NCBI GenBank assembly: GCA_019057475.1
Contig: DXJO01000014.1
Coordinates: 17,011 to 81,010 of the forward strand
From: Candidatus Thorarchaeota archaeon
GTDB taxonomy: Archaea; Asgardarchaeota; Thorarchaeia; Thorarchaeales; Thorarchaeaceae
DNA: 64,000 bases
Direction of reading: 5' to 3'
The notes under the pieces were generated by a model that saw only the letters and a list, made by a program, of their open reading frames with translations, ran no database searches and was not told the DNA's origin. Below, one piece after another: positions 20,303-30,532 of this stretch. The position numbers were made by a program, and so were the translations under genes. How positions within the stretch are numbered: position 1 is the first letter of the stretch; the number at the start of each line of letters is the position of its first letter.

Positions 20303-20920
20303 GTGACGATAGACGATGGAATCGGTGGAGGACGCCGAAACTTCAAAGTTGTGCAAAAACTGGCTGCATTGCGACCAGTCTACGAAATCTATGACGAACA
20401 AACTGGCGAAAGGATTGCCACCGGACGACGGACGTGGATGAGTTTCCTTAGATCTACCATTCATTTCGAAGATGAACAGGGAAATAGGATACTCACAGCC
20501 AAGGGAGGCTTCTTTGACAAGACTTTCTGGTTGTACGATGAAAGCGGAGGGAAGATCGCGAAGCTCACGCGGCCGTGGATTGCACTCCGCAAGAACTTCA
20601 CAATATACTACCGTGACGACTTCATCAAGGCGCAAGCAGGATTCCTGCCATGGGGATTCGAAGCTCTGAGAAGCGACGGAACGTTTGCATTCAGACTAGA
20701 CAAGAAGATCATCGCGATAAGGGACCAGTCTAGGGTTTCTGTTGGAGACTACATGCCCTGGCTTCACGCCGTTTCATCCGCAGTTGTTGTGGACCAAATC
20801 TTCTTCAAGACTAAAGGCTGTGGTGCGACCCTAATCTGCTGTCTGCTACCCGTCGTGATACTCTTGGGGGCACTCTTCGGGTTGATGATGCTTGCGAGCT
20901 TGCTGGGTCTTGCTCCGTGA
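20303..20920 (+). CDS. LURP-one/scramblase (Tubby-C-like) family protein with a C-terminal TM helix
   Basis: Repeated beta-hairpin pattern (YEIYDEQTG, HFEDEQG, WLYDESG) and KKIIAIRD. Confidence 0.65.
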   Translation: MTIDDGIGGGRRNFKVVQKLAALRPVYEIYDEQTGERIATGRRTWMSFLRSTIHFEDEQGNRILTAKGGFFDKTFWLYDESGGKIAKLTRPWIALRKNFTIYYRDDFIKAQAGFLPWGFEALRSDGTFAFRLDKKIIAIRDQSRVSVGDYMPWLHAVSSAVVVDQIFFKTKGCGATLICCLLPVVILLGALFGLMMLASLLGLAP

Positions 20921-21068
20921 ACCGGGTCATCTTGCTCAGCTTAGTTGCTGAGAATTTGGCATTAGCGAAAACGTGAGCGGGTACTTTGGAAACCAAGTCG
21001 CAATTACCAGCAGCAAATGCGCTGCGACTGCTCCAGATCCTGCCCGCTCCGTTGTTTGTTTTACTACA

Positions 21069-21127
21069 TAGGTGCTGCGCAAGTACTGCTTTTAGTCTAC
21101 ACACATCATGCATTAGTAGTGGAGAGC
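21069..21127 (-). repeat. Degenerate copy of the 23S rRNA 3' end and trailer (R5)
   Basis: 45/59 ungapped identity to 30510-30568. Confidence 0.8.
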
Positions 21128-21174
21128 AGGGCTCTTGACTATTAATAGGAGCAGAGAGCCTAGCCTGTTGAATC

Positions 21175-22137
21175 CTACGCAACAGATGTTGGCAGTTCGA
21201 CCACAACTCGCTCGAGACCCTCACTCTTCATTCTTCTCTCTAAATCCCTGACGTTCCGTCTCATAGCTAGTTCATAGAAGGAGTATACAACCGAAATGGG
21301 ACCCATTGCCAAGAGTGGTGCGATAAAGATGACTACAACTGGGAGAAGAAAGAACCAAAGAGGAACTTCAATGGTACCAGGCAATGACGTGAACCATTCA
21401 TAAGTCTGAAGGGCAATGAGGAAGTAGGTTGCGATAGTCGAAATCCCTGCAAACCCCTTGAGCAGCGCAAGGTAGTAGTTTCCGACTCCCTCTATGTCCG
21501 CCGTGGATCGTGTGCCCTCTATTTTCCGTTCATAGATAATCCCAGTGTCTTCGAGAAGCCAGGCTGGAGCAAAGAAGATGACAATGAAGCTAGAAATCAG
21601 AAGTAGAAGGAAGAAGAGGGGCATAGTTTCTGCAATGCCGCGAGCCGATGGTGCAAGGGTGTCAAAACTCTCCGTCACGAATAGGAGGTCAGCAATGCTC
21701 GAATTGCTAGCGAGTGTTGATGCAAGTCCCAATGAAACGAAAGCAGGGATGATAAGCCTCCTGATGTAACTCGCGTGGCCAGCCCTTGGATCCAACGCCT
21801 GTATGTGATAGTTGCAGTTTCTGCCTGTGATAAGACGGTGCATTTTCCATTGGAGAAGCGACAGATGTCGCGAGGTCAGGTATACAACTATGCCTATGGC
21901 CACTGAGATGACGTAGAGCCATACGAAGTCGATTAGTATGTCTCCCGGCAGGAGTCGATAGAGCCCAAGAGGACTAGTGAACGGAAAAATTTCAGCATAA
22001 CTGAACACTACCGTGAGGGCCATACTAACAATGGCGACGATGTGCAAAGGCACCACGAATCTCCAGGGGATTGATGGGGCCAGCGCGTCATTATCCTTCA
22101 AACCAGAGTGTAGTACGTCCGTATCGTGCTCTGACAT
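21175..22137 (-). CDS. Hypothetical multi-TM membrane protein
   Basis: 320-aa ORF with about 6 TM helices and a GAGG SD. Confidence 0.75.
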   Translation of the reverse strand: MSEHDTDVLHSGLKDNDALAPSIPWRFVVPLHIVAIVSMALTVVFSYAEIFPFTSPLGLYRLLPGDILIDFVWLYVISVAIGIVVYLTSRHLSLLQWKMHRLITGRNCNYHIQALDPRAGHASYIRRLIIPAFVSLGLASTLASNSSIADLLFVTESFDTLAPSARGIAETMPLFFLLLLISSFIVIFFAPAWLLEDTGIIYERKIEGTRSTADIEGVGNYYLALLKGFAGISTIATYFLIALQTYEWFTSLPGTIEVPLWFFLLPVVVIFIAPLLAMGPISVVYSFYELAMRRNVRDLERRMKSEGLERVVVELPTSVA

Positions 22138-22215
22138 TGACTCAACCTCTTCAGATAGACAACTGACTTTCTGAGATAGTGGTCATTATCGCACCGGCTT
22201 TTAGCAGTATTTCGT

Positions 22216-22268
22216 AGGTTCGTAACTTCTTTCTCTTGACAACTTTGGGTGTTGTGTGAATATCGCTT
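22216..22268 (-). repeat. Degenerate copy of the 23S trailer (R4)
   Basis: 22235-22268 matches 30499-30532 at 27/34; 22216-22227 aggttcgtaact is identical to 28485-28496 at the same spacing. Confidence 0.75.
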
Positions 22269-22346
22269 GGGAGCTGTAGATATGGAGTATCCTTGATTCC
22301 ATTAGATTACTCCCGCCTGACCTGTATCAAGCATGCGGGAGAGCCG

Positions 22347-23615
22347 TTAATCAGCTATCCTCTTCATGGCCATCTCACGCAGATCGTCAGGAATCTCAAA
22401 CTTGAATGGCAAATCCGGAAACGCCTCCAAAGAATCTATGACGAGGCACGAAAGTCTGCCAACTTCACCCAAGTCCCTGGGTCGAAGAAGAGAGGGAATA
22501 TCTATGGTGCTGTGACTGACATTTCCACTGGTGGTGCCATGGCTTGCCATATGGATGGTTGGGATGCCATTTGCGGCGAAAACCTTGTTGTCCCCACCCG
22601 ACGTTGCGACACGTCTACACCTAGCGGGATATGCGCCAGTCTTGGCAGTGGAGTCCAGCCAGCTAATCATCTTATCAGTGCCTGCAGCGAGCAGGAGTAA
22701 AACACCAGGGAGTGCGCCGATGCTGTCAATATTAATGCAGAGAGAGATTAAGTCTAGACTGTGAGATGCTACAAACTCCTTTGATCCCAGCATGCCCAGT
22801 TCCTCCCCACCGAATGATACGAAGTGATATGTGAACTTAGGCTGAGTCTTTGAGATTGCCCGAGCTATCTCAAGCATTATTGCCACACCTGCTGCGTTGT
22901 CGGTAGCACCAGGGGCAAAAGTGCAGGTGTCATGGTGCGCACAAATCAGAACCGTTTCTTCTCGTTGTCCGGACACACTTGCGGAAACATTCCGAAGTAG
23001 ACCCGCCTTAGATTTGCCGTGCACTATCAGTCGCAACTTAGACCCAAATATCCGGTCATGTATCTTGGCCATATCAGCTGCAGAAACAACCATTGACGGA
23101 GCTGTAGAGAATAGTTCTCCGAGACCGGTGTAATCGTATGACCTGGGTGCCAGATTCCTATTTAGGTCCATGAACACGACTGCCGCGGGATGCTTCGAAT
23201 ACAAGGACGCCCATGCTTCATAGATGTCATCACTGTGCTGGTCAATCATCAGAACACATGCAATACGTCCCTTAACGCGGGCTGCAGGAACATCATCTAT
23301 CAGTTCGTGTGAGCCAATATAGATAGTTTCTGCAGTGAGACCTTGCGCTGGAGTTTCTGCACTCATCCAACATGGTACACCATTGAGTGAAATCCCTGTT
23401 GTGGGGTCTTGTATCATGGCTAGCTTTGCATCGTAGTACTTGTGTGGAAACTCATAACAGATCACGTCGGTCAGTCCATATTCTTTGAATTGACGCTCGA
23501 TTAGTTTGACTGCAGCTTCTTCAGACTTGGAACCGGAAACCCTTGGACCTAGGTCACACAGCCGTTTCATGTTTTCATAAACTCGCGCTTCCTCGAACTC
23601 AAGCATTCCCATCAC
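22347..23615 (-). CDS. M28-family aminopeptidase with a PA domain
   Basis: AHHD, GATDNAAG, GEELG, NID and H motifs. Confidence 0.9.
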   Translation of the reverse strand: MMGMLEFEEARVYENMKRLCDLGPRVSGSKSEEAAVKLIERQFKEYGLTDVICYEFPHKYYDAKLAMIQDPTTGISLNGVPCWMSAETPAQGLTAETIYIGSHELIDDVPAARVKGRIACVLMIDQHSDDIYEAWASLYSKHPAAVVFMDLNRNLAPRSYDYTGLGELFSTAPSMVVSAADMAKIHDRIFGSKLRLIVHGKSKAGLLRNVSASVSGQREETVLICAHHDTCTFAPGATDNAAGVAIMLEIARAISKTQPKFTYHFVSFGGEELGMLGSKEFVASHSLDLISLCINIDSIGALPGVLLLLAAGTDKMISWLDSTAKTGAYPARCRRVATSGGDNKVFAANGIPTIHMASHGTTSGNVSHSTIDIPSLLRPRDLGEVGRLSCLVIDSLEAFPDLPFKFEIPDDLREMAMKRIAD

Positions 23616-23859
23616 TCACCTTCGTCTATGGGGGTTCGCTAGCGATTGCAAATCAACACCTCACATAAGGCCTTTCCCAGATACGCAAAGCAGGGCACAT
23701 CAAACAGTCAACAAGCGATGGTTGAAAGGATTGGGTTTCAGATTAATTTAACAACACAACAATGGTGACAAGACACCCAGTTGCATGCCCTGACAGGATT
23801 CCGATGCGAGGGGTTAATAGCACACGGGACAATAGCCGTGAGTTGGAGGTTTTTGCCAA

Positions 23860-24342
23860 ATGGAGTTCATAACAGGACACTTGTATACTGTTTCACAAGC
23901 AGATACTTCAAACCCCATGTTCTGGCTGGCCGTCTTCTTTGTCACTGGTCTGGCGGCGATGATTATAATAGCCCTTGCAGTAGGCATTGTTGTCAGCTTG
24001 AAGTATAGGGCAATCCGCAAAAAAGCTGAACAAGCGGGCGTACAAGTGGATTTGAGCTCGGACAGCACAAGAATTACTGCCCAAGGCATTGAGGGTTGTG
24101 GGTATTGTATCGTCTGCACCATTGTCCTGATTCTAGGAGCGTTAGGCATCACGCTTCCAATTGTGTTGACTCAGCAAGCAGAGGATCTAATCCTCGCCAT
24201 TGTCATGGTTGTTATGGGAGCACTCTGTTGGGGAGCAGCTATTGCTGCGATTCCTTATTCGATTCGCGACCTTAAGAAGAAATATCGCGCACTAGACGAT
24301 GCCCTAGCTGCCAAAGCCGGCAAAGAATCAGAAGCGATGTGA
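23860..24342 (+). CDS. Hypothetical 3-TM membrane protein
   Basis: GGAGG SD and three hydrophobic helices. Confidence 0.65.
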   Translation: MEFITGHLYTVSQADTSNPMFWLAVFFVTGLAAMIIIALAVGIVVSLKYRAIRKKAEQAGVQVDLSSDSTRITAQGIEGCGYCIVCTIVLILGALGITLPIVLTQQAEDLILAIVMVVMGALCWGAAIAAIPYSIRDLKKKYRALDDALAAKAGKESEAM

Positions 24343-24349
24343 TTGTGAA

Positions 24350-24466
24350 GGTTTCGCAACTCCGGGACCTTGACAACTCTAGGTACTGTGCGAAAACCGC
24401 TTTTAATCTGCACGCCTCGGACATTGGTAGCGGTGAGCTGAACACCTCGCCGAATCTTGGCGCTCA
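24350..24466 (-). repeat. Near-perfect copy of the 23S rRNA 3' end and trailer (R3)
   Basis: 24367-24460 matches 30497-30590 at 91/94 (95/100 to 24466); offset 6130 bp. Confidence 0.97.
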
Positions 24467-24825
24467 TTTTCCTGTTGTTTCGGTCCAATCCGCAGCAATA
24501 AACCTCATGATGCAGTTTCTATAGACTCCCACCGAGAGGAAGCTGAAGTTTCAATCTTCCTGATAGTAGCAACCAATCCCTCACGATAAGATGAATACTT
24601 CGACTGCAAGGACCCGGAAAGGTGACTCATCTTGTCACAGTCCGTACTTGTCACTTTGGAGGTTACATCCATCACTTCAAGTACAACTAACGAGATCAAT
24701 ATTGTTGGAATGACACGGCTTGAAACCCGAAGATATGAGGTTTCTCGAGAATTCAATCCTGGAAAAACAGCTAGAAACAGAGATCATAGGATTCCTCCAG
24801 TGTCGTTTCTGGAGTGACAAAGGAT

Positions 24826-26712
24826 TCATGTCTGGCTCTGACCAAGCTGCGATGAACGGTAGAAATACAGGATGCAGTATAGGCTAGCAGCTAGAACATT
24901 GACTAGAATGAACGCAACGGGATCCCTAGCGAAATGAACGCCATTCATCAAGGCATGCATGACTAGTAATATCAATGTAGGAAAGACAACATGTTTGTGT
25001 ATCTTGCGAAGAATCTTCTTCCGTTTGACTCGCTTGGATGCAAGTCCGAAACCTGAGAGAGAGGTAATGAAAACGAGTGGTATGCTCAGATATGCCAAAA
25101 ATTTGCCAAGGTCATAGGATGTCATCGGGGCAGAGAGAATCCCTGAGATGAAGTGAGATAGGGCACTGCAATAGGAACTGATGTTGAAAAAGCCCCAAAG
25201 ATCACGAACGTGACCATGAATAATCATACTGTGGATAACCAGTCCCACCAGAGGTATGACCCCAAGAAAGCAATGTAACCAACGAGCTCTTTTTTGAATT
25301 CGTTGCCTAATCGTGGGAACTGAAAGATACAGACTGCAATAGAATGCTACGAGAGCCAGAACGCCGCTGGCGCGGGCTATATCAGTCATATGAAGCTGAT
25401 AAGCATCCGTTTCGTCTAGGAACCCAGATGTCAGACCTATGGGCATGATATAGATGGGCTTGAGAGTACCAGGAATCTCTACTACCTGAGATACCGCATC
25501 CTCGTAGAAAGCACCTATCACTACTGTTCCTAGGCCTTGACCAGCGCATTTCAGATAGACATTCTGAGCAATCATGCCTACATTGAACATCATAACTCGA
25601 TGATGAAAGCTAGGATTCGGTTGTTGATCTACCCAAGTGATGTTCACTGACATAACAACATCCAGTTGAGCGTTCTCAATCCAATGCTGATCCAGACCAG
25701 CAATCCTCAAAGAGGGTCGCAAATCTCCTAGTGATATCTGCTCTAGTGAACCGTTCTCCTGAGCATACAAGTACGACCCAGTTGCTAGACCCTCTACTTC
25801 ACCAGCCACTAGACGAATGTCAAGCTGCGACTCGTTTCCAACTAGATGAGTTATTGCTGTACTGTCATCCAGTACATCTAAGAGAATGGAGAGAGGAATA
25901 GACCCGCTTTGATAGTCCCTTATGGATTTCCGTTTCGCAATAGCTTGTTCAACAGTAATCTCGTCTGCGTCAGCCAAAGCAAATTGCCCACTTCTTGTTG
26001 AAACGGGAGACTGTACACCGATTCCAAGAGGTAGGATTGCCAAGGGGTCTAGATCCGTATCTAGGAAGCTCTGAACACCGTCGGGTGTGAAGTTGGTTAT
26101 CACTCGTGTACACAAGTCGAGAGAAGTTGCCTGCAACAGGAAGTTCTGAATGGCGTGTCCAACCTCAAGATGTACGTACTGAACTCCCCTGTCACCGTAA
26201 CGCATCGTGGTTCGAGCATAGTCAACCAGAATGAGAAAGGCAGTACTAGCATTCGTCAATGCTTCTCTGTCTTCATCCTCGAATGTTGACAAGAGGTCTG
26301 TCAGATTGCAGGTCGGAGAAGTGAATTCAAGCTGATGCCCTTGAGGGATGTAGTGATAACAGCCCCCACTCAGTGTGGGTGTCCCCTCATGTACAACGAA
26401 AATCTCCAGTGGATATGTTCCACCGGCTGATGGTACAGTCCGAAAACCTGGACCATGCGTGATGCCTTGGAGCGCCCAGAGCAACTGGGATACCTCCGAT
26501 ATTTCAATCTGGTAGTGCCTCAAGTCATCTGCAGGTTTTGTACGCAGAATGGCAGAACTCAATGGCAAGTGACCCTCAAGGTCGGGCGATGGTAAGGGGA
26601 TGTTGTCTGTTTCAGCGTGGACCATCTCGAAGAGCAGAGAAACGAGAGAACCAGCGAGTACTAGCAATAGCAACAATGATAGCCGCTGTGAAATCTTCGG
26701 CCTCTTACTCAT
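24826..26712 (-). CDS. Tandem SagB/ThcOx-type nitroreductase domains fused to a His-rich multi-TM domain
   Basis: LLWALQG, RTVPSAGGTYPLE, EVGHAIQN, RKSIRDY and QNVYL; N-terminal TM or signal; C-terminal TM helices containing His. Confidence 0.85.
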   Translation of the reverse strand: MSKRPKISQRLSLLLLLVLAGSLVSLLFEMVHAETDNIPLPSPDLEGHLPLSSAILRTKPADDLRHYQIEISEVSQLLWALQGITHGPGFRTVPSAGGTYPLEIFVVHEGTPTLSGGCYHYIPQGHQLEFTSPTCNLTDLLSTFEDEDREALTNASTAFLILVDYARTTMRYGDRGVQYVHLEVGHAIQNFLLQATSLDLCTRVITNFTPDGVQSFLDTDLDPLAILPLGIGVQSPVSTRSGQFALADADEITVEQAIAKRKSIRDYQSGSIPLSILLDVLDDSTAITHLVGNESQLDIRLVAGEVEGLATGSYLYAQENGSLEQISLGDLRPSLRIAGLDQHWIENAQLDVVMSVNITWVDQQPNPSFHHRVMMFNVGMIAQNVYLKCAGQGLGTVVIGAFYEDAVSQVVEIPGTLKPIYIMPIGLTSGFLDETDAYQLHMTDIARASGVLALVAFYCSLYLSVPTIRQRIQKRARWLHCFLGVIPLVGLVIHSMIIHGHVRDLWGFFNISSYCSALSHFISGILSAPMTSYDLGKFLAYLSIPLVFITSLSGFGLASKRVKRKKILRKIHKHVVFPTLILLVMHALMNGVHFARDPVAFILVNVLAASLYCILYFYRSSQLGQSQT

Positions 26713-26769
26713 ACTACTGTACAACCGGGGAACGCTCTGGACATAAGCAACCGATGCCAAGTAAGTCGA

Positions 26770-26795
26770 AGTGCGCTAATAAATAGTAGCGCACT
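26770..26795. promoter_or_regulatory. Perfect 9-bp inverted repeat upstream of the nitroreductase fusion gene (possible operator)
   Basis: agtgcgcta-N8-tagcgcact flanking an AT-rich, TATA-like spacer. Confidence 0.45.
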
Positions 26796-26895
26796 CTAAA
26801 CAAGGCTGGCAGTTTCAGGTGTCTGTGATCCATGACACAAGGTTGTGCATTGTTGGGACGTGTTCAGAAGCTGCACACACACTGGTCATTTGAAA

Positions 26896-26948
26896 CTCGG
26901 GCACTAGTAGTGGGGAACTGAACACCTCGCCAAGACTCGGTGCCCACA
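26896..26948 (-). repeat. Degenerate copy of the 23S rRNA 3' end (R2)
   Basis: 42/53 ungapped identity to 30546-30598. Confidence 0.85.
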
Positions 26949-27085
26949 TATCGTTACAATTGGAAGTGCATTGATTGCATATGCGAATACAATTAGTGGG
27001 GACTGCTTTCAGAGGGTTATGCTTCGTCTTTCGCGAAAGTAGCCCCTCATTACTTATAGCGTCAATTGTTATTCCTAAACCAAGG

Positions 27086-27802
27086 ATGCCTTTGAGAATC
27101 ACGAAGAGAACTCGTGCGGGTGCAATCCTTGCCCTAGTCTTGCTCCTGATCATCGGTCTTGCAAGCTACTCATTGAGGGACGAGGACTACCCTTCGGGAA
27201 CTCTGCCACTAAACGCTACGCCTCAGTTTGATGTAGGAGAAGAGTTCTGTTATAAGACAGATAGCTACTTGCTCAGCAACGTAGAGGCTATCTATGAATG
27301 GCGCGAAGAAGTCTTCACAGTCAACAGAACGATGCAGATTGACGAAAGGGAATACTATGAGATTGTGTATGATTTGATAATTCATGTATGGGAGTCTGAC
27401 GCCATACCCGAAACGGTGATCAATATCACGCACCTTCTGTACATTGACGTAGAGAATGGGACATGTGTTGGAAAGACCGTGGACCCATCGAGATACTCAA
27501 ATGAGGATGGCCTTGCAACAGACATAGGCTTCTTCGCATATTGGATGTTGGGACTCGAAGAGGGACTCAGATGGCAAATGATCGATGAGGCTTCTTCGAA
27601 AGTCCACAGGATTGATGTGCTTGGAATGGATGAGGTAGATGAAGTGCAGTGCTTCAAAGTTAGAGTGAAGGAGATACTGCATGGTCGAGTCAACCGAGTC
27701 CGTCAGTTCTGGATAGCTGCTGACAAGAGAATCGTAATAAAAGAAGAAACAGATTTCCCCTCGGGGGAAACCGTTTATAGGGATGCGGCATCATGTCCGT
27801 GA
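27086..27802 (+). CDS. Hypothetical secreted or membrane-anchored beta-rich protein
   Basis: Basic N-terminus plus hydrophobic helix, then an acidic beta-strand-rich body. Confidence 0.7.
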   Translation: MPLRITKRTRAGAILALVLLLIIGLASYSLRDEDYPSGTLPLNATPQFDVGEEFCYKTDSYLLSNVEAIYEWREEVFTVNRTMQIDEREYYEIVYDLIIHVWESDAIPETVINITHLLYIDVENGTCVGKTVDPSRYSNEDGLATDIGFFAYWMLGLEEGLRWQMIDEASSKVHRIDVLGMDEVDEVQCFKVRVKEILHGRVNRVRQFWIAADKRIVIKEETDFPSGETVYRDAASCP

Positions 27803-27840
27803 GTCAGAATAGTAGGACTCCTAAAGAATCATCCCGCTAG

Positions 27841-28371
27841 ATGGAGCGCATACTCTTGCCGTTTACGCCATTTCACTTGGGACCTGCATTGCTTCTCGGG
27901 CTGCTACTCCTCCGCTACATCGATTTTCCCACATTTGTAGTGGCAAACGTTATCGTCGACATTGAGTCATTCTTGGTTCTGGCGCTTGGCCTGAACTATC
28001 CGCTCCACGGTTTCCTTCATACGTTCCTGGGAGGGTCCATCATTGCTCTTCTCCTAGCAATGGTGATGAACGAGGTAAGAGAACCGCTCTCTCCACTGTT
28101 GTCATCATTCAGACTTGAACAGGAAACCTCGTTCAAGGGTGTGTTGCTTGCCTCTGTCTTCGGTGTCTACCTTCACATCCTGTTGGATGCACCTCTCTAT
28201 ATTGACATTCAGCCGTTCTATCCGTTAGACACCAATCCATTCTATGTTGGTAGTGCGTCGTTTGGAGCAGCAGTCTACGGTCTATGCACTTGGTGCTTCT
28301 TGGGGGCGGCTGTAATCTATGCGATCCGGTTGATTATGGTCTGGAGAATGGGTACGAAGATCTCCAGTTGA
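27841..28371 (+). CDS. Membrane-bound metal-dependent hydrolase (YdjM/DUF4184-like)
   Basis: PFTPFHLG, D.E, HGFLHT and HILLD motifs. Confidence 0.8.
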   Translation: MERILLPFTPFHLGPALLLGLLLLRYIDFPTFVVANVIVDIESFLVLALGLNYPLHGFLHTFLGGSIIALLLAMVMNEVREPLSPLLSSFRLEQETSFKGVLLASVFGVYLHILLDAPLYIDIQPFYPLDTNPFYVGSASFGAAVYGLCTWCFLGAAVIYAIRLIMVWRMGTKISS

Positions 28372-28484
28372 GAAACATCAGAGTAGTCCAACAAGTACAT
28401 TGATTCATCACGGAAGATTCCAATCGCGACACTCGGTAGGTTGAGATTCACCAAGAAAAGCTAAAGTTGACCCACAAAGGATAG

Positions 28485-28532
28485 AGGTTCGTAACTCTTT
28501 GCCCTTGGCAACTCTGGGTACTGCGCGAAACC
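28485..28532 (-). repeat. Copy of the 23S trailer, BHB 3' strand (R1)
   Basis: 28503-28530 matches 30498-30525 at 25/28. Confidence 0.85.
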
Positions 28533-28542
28533 AACCATATCC

Positions 28543-28785
28543 TCATGGACCAGCAGATTCGCTCGACTGTATTTGCCACCAAGTCCACAGCGAGTAGATG
28601 GTAAGCGCAGCACCAAGAGGGATGAGCAGTAACCATATAGTTCCAGCAATGGGTGGTATGTGATAGGGATATCCCTGTGGATCAAGCGGGGGCTGGGGAT
28701 GTGTCACAATCCAAATGGTGATTGAGTTGAGAATGTATCCAGTCAGCATGAGAATAAGCCCAACGACGAGATGCTTCTTGCGCAT
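28543..28785 (-). CDS. Small 2-TM membrane protein
   Basis: MRKKHLVVGLILML..., GAGG SD. Confidence 0.6.
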   Translation of the reverse strand: MRKKHLVVGLILMLTGYILNSITIWIVTHPQPPLDPQGYPYHIPPIAGTIWLLLIPLGAALTIYSLWTWWQIQSSESAGP

Positions 28786-28904
28786 GCTGAATCCCTCACA
28801 TTGTCGTACACTACTGCACGCAAATAGACTTGAATCTAGCTCTAGAACTGGATTTGTTAATATGCAATAAGTACCTATTATTGACCTATCCAGTAGTGAG
28901 AGAA

Positions 28905-29513
28905 ATGGCTGATGACTTAGTCTACAGGGCGCTCTTTGTTGGGACATATGCGCTATTCCTTGGAGTACGCGGATACTATAGGTTTGTGAAACTAAGAAAA
29001 GACCAGAGAAACCAGGAAGAGCCTGAAGCAGAACGAAAGAGTTTTGGAAGAGCAGAGTCAGCCATTGTCATCTTCATTCTTGGTTACCTTGTTTCCACCA
29101 TTCTGTATCTCATAGGCAGCCCTTGGATTGATTGGTCCCAGATTCCCAGCTATCCTATCTGGTTACGCTTGCTTGGAATCCTTCTAGCCCTGACCATGAT
29201 TCCTCTTCTTGCCTGGATTCACCGAACACTAGACAGGCAATACTCGCCCTGTCTGCAGATTAAGAGTGGTCATCAGTTGATAAGGACAGGTCCTTATGCA
29301 AGGATACGTCATCCGATGTACACAGTACTCAATTTCTTCTCGGTGGGGCTTGCTCTTCTGACTGGGAATCTGCTAGTTGTTACTTTCTCACTGATGCTGA
29401 TGTTCTCGTTCCCATGGGTGGCTAAGAAAGAGGAACAGATGATGATTGAAACATTCGGTGATGAGTATCGGGAGTACATGACAAGGACAGGTCGATTCTT
29501 CCCGAAGATTTGA
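28905..29513 (+). CDS. Isoprenylcysteine carboxylmethyltransferase (Ste14/ICMT) family protein
   Basis: HQLIRTGPYARIRHPMY, EE..M...FGDEYREYM..TGRFFP. Confidence 0.9.
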   Translation: MADDLVYRALFVGTYALFLGVRGYYRFVKLRKDQRNQEEPEAERKSFGRAESAIVIFILGYLVSTILYLIGSPWIDWSQIPSYPIWLRLLGILLALTMIPLLAWIHRTLDRQYSPCLQIKSGHQLIRTGPYARIRHPMYTVLNFFSVGLALLTGNLLVVTFSLMLMFSFPWVAKKEEQMMIETFGDEYREYMTRTGRFFPKI

Positions 29514-29624
29514 CTCACCGCATCCGAAATCTGCACATCATCAGGATGAGGACGACCATAGTGATATCGATGAATCACAATCGATAAATCCAGATGGTTT
29601 TCGCAGTAGAACGAGGAATGGATA

Positions 29625-30356
29625 ATGGACTTCTCCAACGTTTACAAGGACGATAAGCGTGCGGATGCATATTCAAAACTCCAATTCCCTGGAACCTACT
29701 ATCTGGCATTCAGAGACCTCCCTGCAATCATATCTGAACATGTTACCGGTAAGGAAGCATTGGACTTTGGGTGTGGTTCAGGGCGTTCTACTAGATTCCT
29801 GCAGAAACTTGGCTTTCGTGTGAGTGGCGTTGACATATCGGAGGCGATGACAAGGAAAGCCAGAGATATCGATCCTAAAGGCAACTACTACGTCATAGAG
29901 GAGGGCGACTTCAGTCAGTTCAAGGAAGGTTCATTCGATCTCATCCTGTCCGCATTCCCCTTCGACAACATCCCTACCATGGAGAAGAAGGTCATGAATC
30001 TCAGAGGTCTGAGAAATTTGCTTAGTAACGAGGGGCGACTGGTCAATCTGGTGTCGACACCTGAGATTTACACACACGAATGGACATCATTTTCCACAAA
30101 GGACTTCCCGGAGAACAAAGACGCAAGAAGCGGTGACACCGTTCTAATAATCCAGATGGACACCGAAAACAAGGAACCTGTAGAGGACATCCTCTGGACT
30201 CATGAGTCATATCTGGAAACCTACGATAGGGCTCAACTGGAGATTGTTAGTGCCTATCATCCGCTGGCAAAGGACGATGAGCCATACGAATGGGTCAATG
30301 AAACTGAGATTCCACCTTGGGTTGTATATGTGTTGAAGAGAAGTGGTCATCTCTAA
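29625..30356 (+). CDS. Class I SAM-dependent methyltransferase
   Basis: ALDFGCGSGRS, GVDIS, FDLILS. Confidence 0.9.
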   Translation: MDFSNVYKDDKRADAYSKLQFPGTYYLAFRDLPAIISEHVTGKEALDFGCGSGRSTRFLQKLGFRVSGVDISEAMTRKARDIDPKGNYYVIEEGDFSQFKEGSFDLILSAFPFDNIPTMEKKVMNLRGLRNLLSNEGRLVNLVSTPEIYTHEWTSFSTKDFPENKDARSGDTVLIIQMDTENKEPVEDILWTHESYLETYDRAQLEIVSAYHPLAKDDEPYEWVNETEIPPWVVYVLKRSGHL

Positions 30357-30493
30357 ATCAATTTGTAGCTGATTTCGATATCGTAATAGCTGCGGATCAT
30401 CTTCTTGGCAAGTTAACGTACGCCTAGGCCATGCCTTTTCTAGCGAATATAAAAAAGATCGCTTGCAGAGGATGGAGGCATAGTTTGTACATT

Positions 30494-30532
30494 CTTACCT
30501 TGACAACTCTAGGTACTGTGCGAAAACCGCTT
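30494..30532 (-). promoter_or_regulatory. 3' strand of the pre-23S bulge-helix-bulge processing stem
   Basis: GUUGUCAAGGUAAG pairs with the leader at 34108-34121; AGA bulge at 30508-30510; ACCU/GGGU central 4-bp helix. Confidence 0.9.

Noticed and set aside
20979-20996. gggtact...gaaaccaa resembling part of R1
   Set aside because: Only 18 nt with a gap, too short to support
23819-23847. Possible additional decayed 23S-end copy (gcacacgggacaatagccgtgagttgga)
   Set aside because: It needs two gaps to align and overlaps an SD region; not distinguishable from chance by eye
24367-24466. Second rRNA gene or a 5S rRNA
   Set aside because: It holds only ~60 nt of the 23S 3' end plus trailer and shows no 5S features
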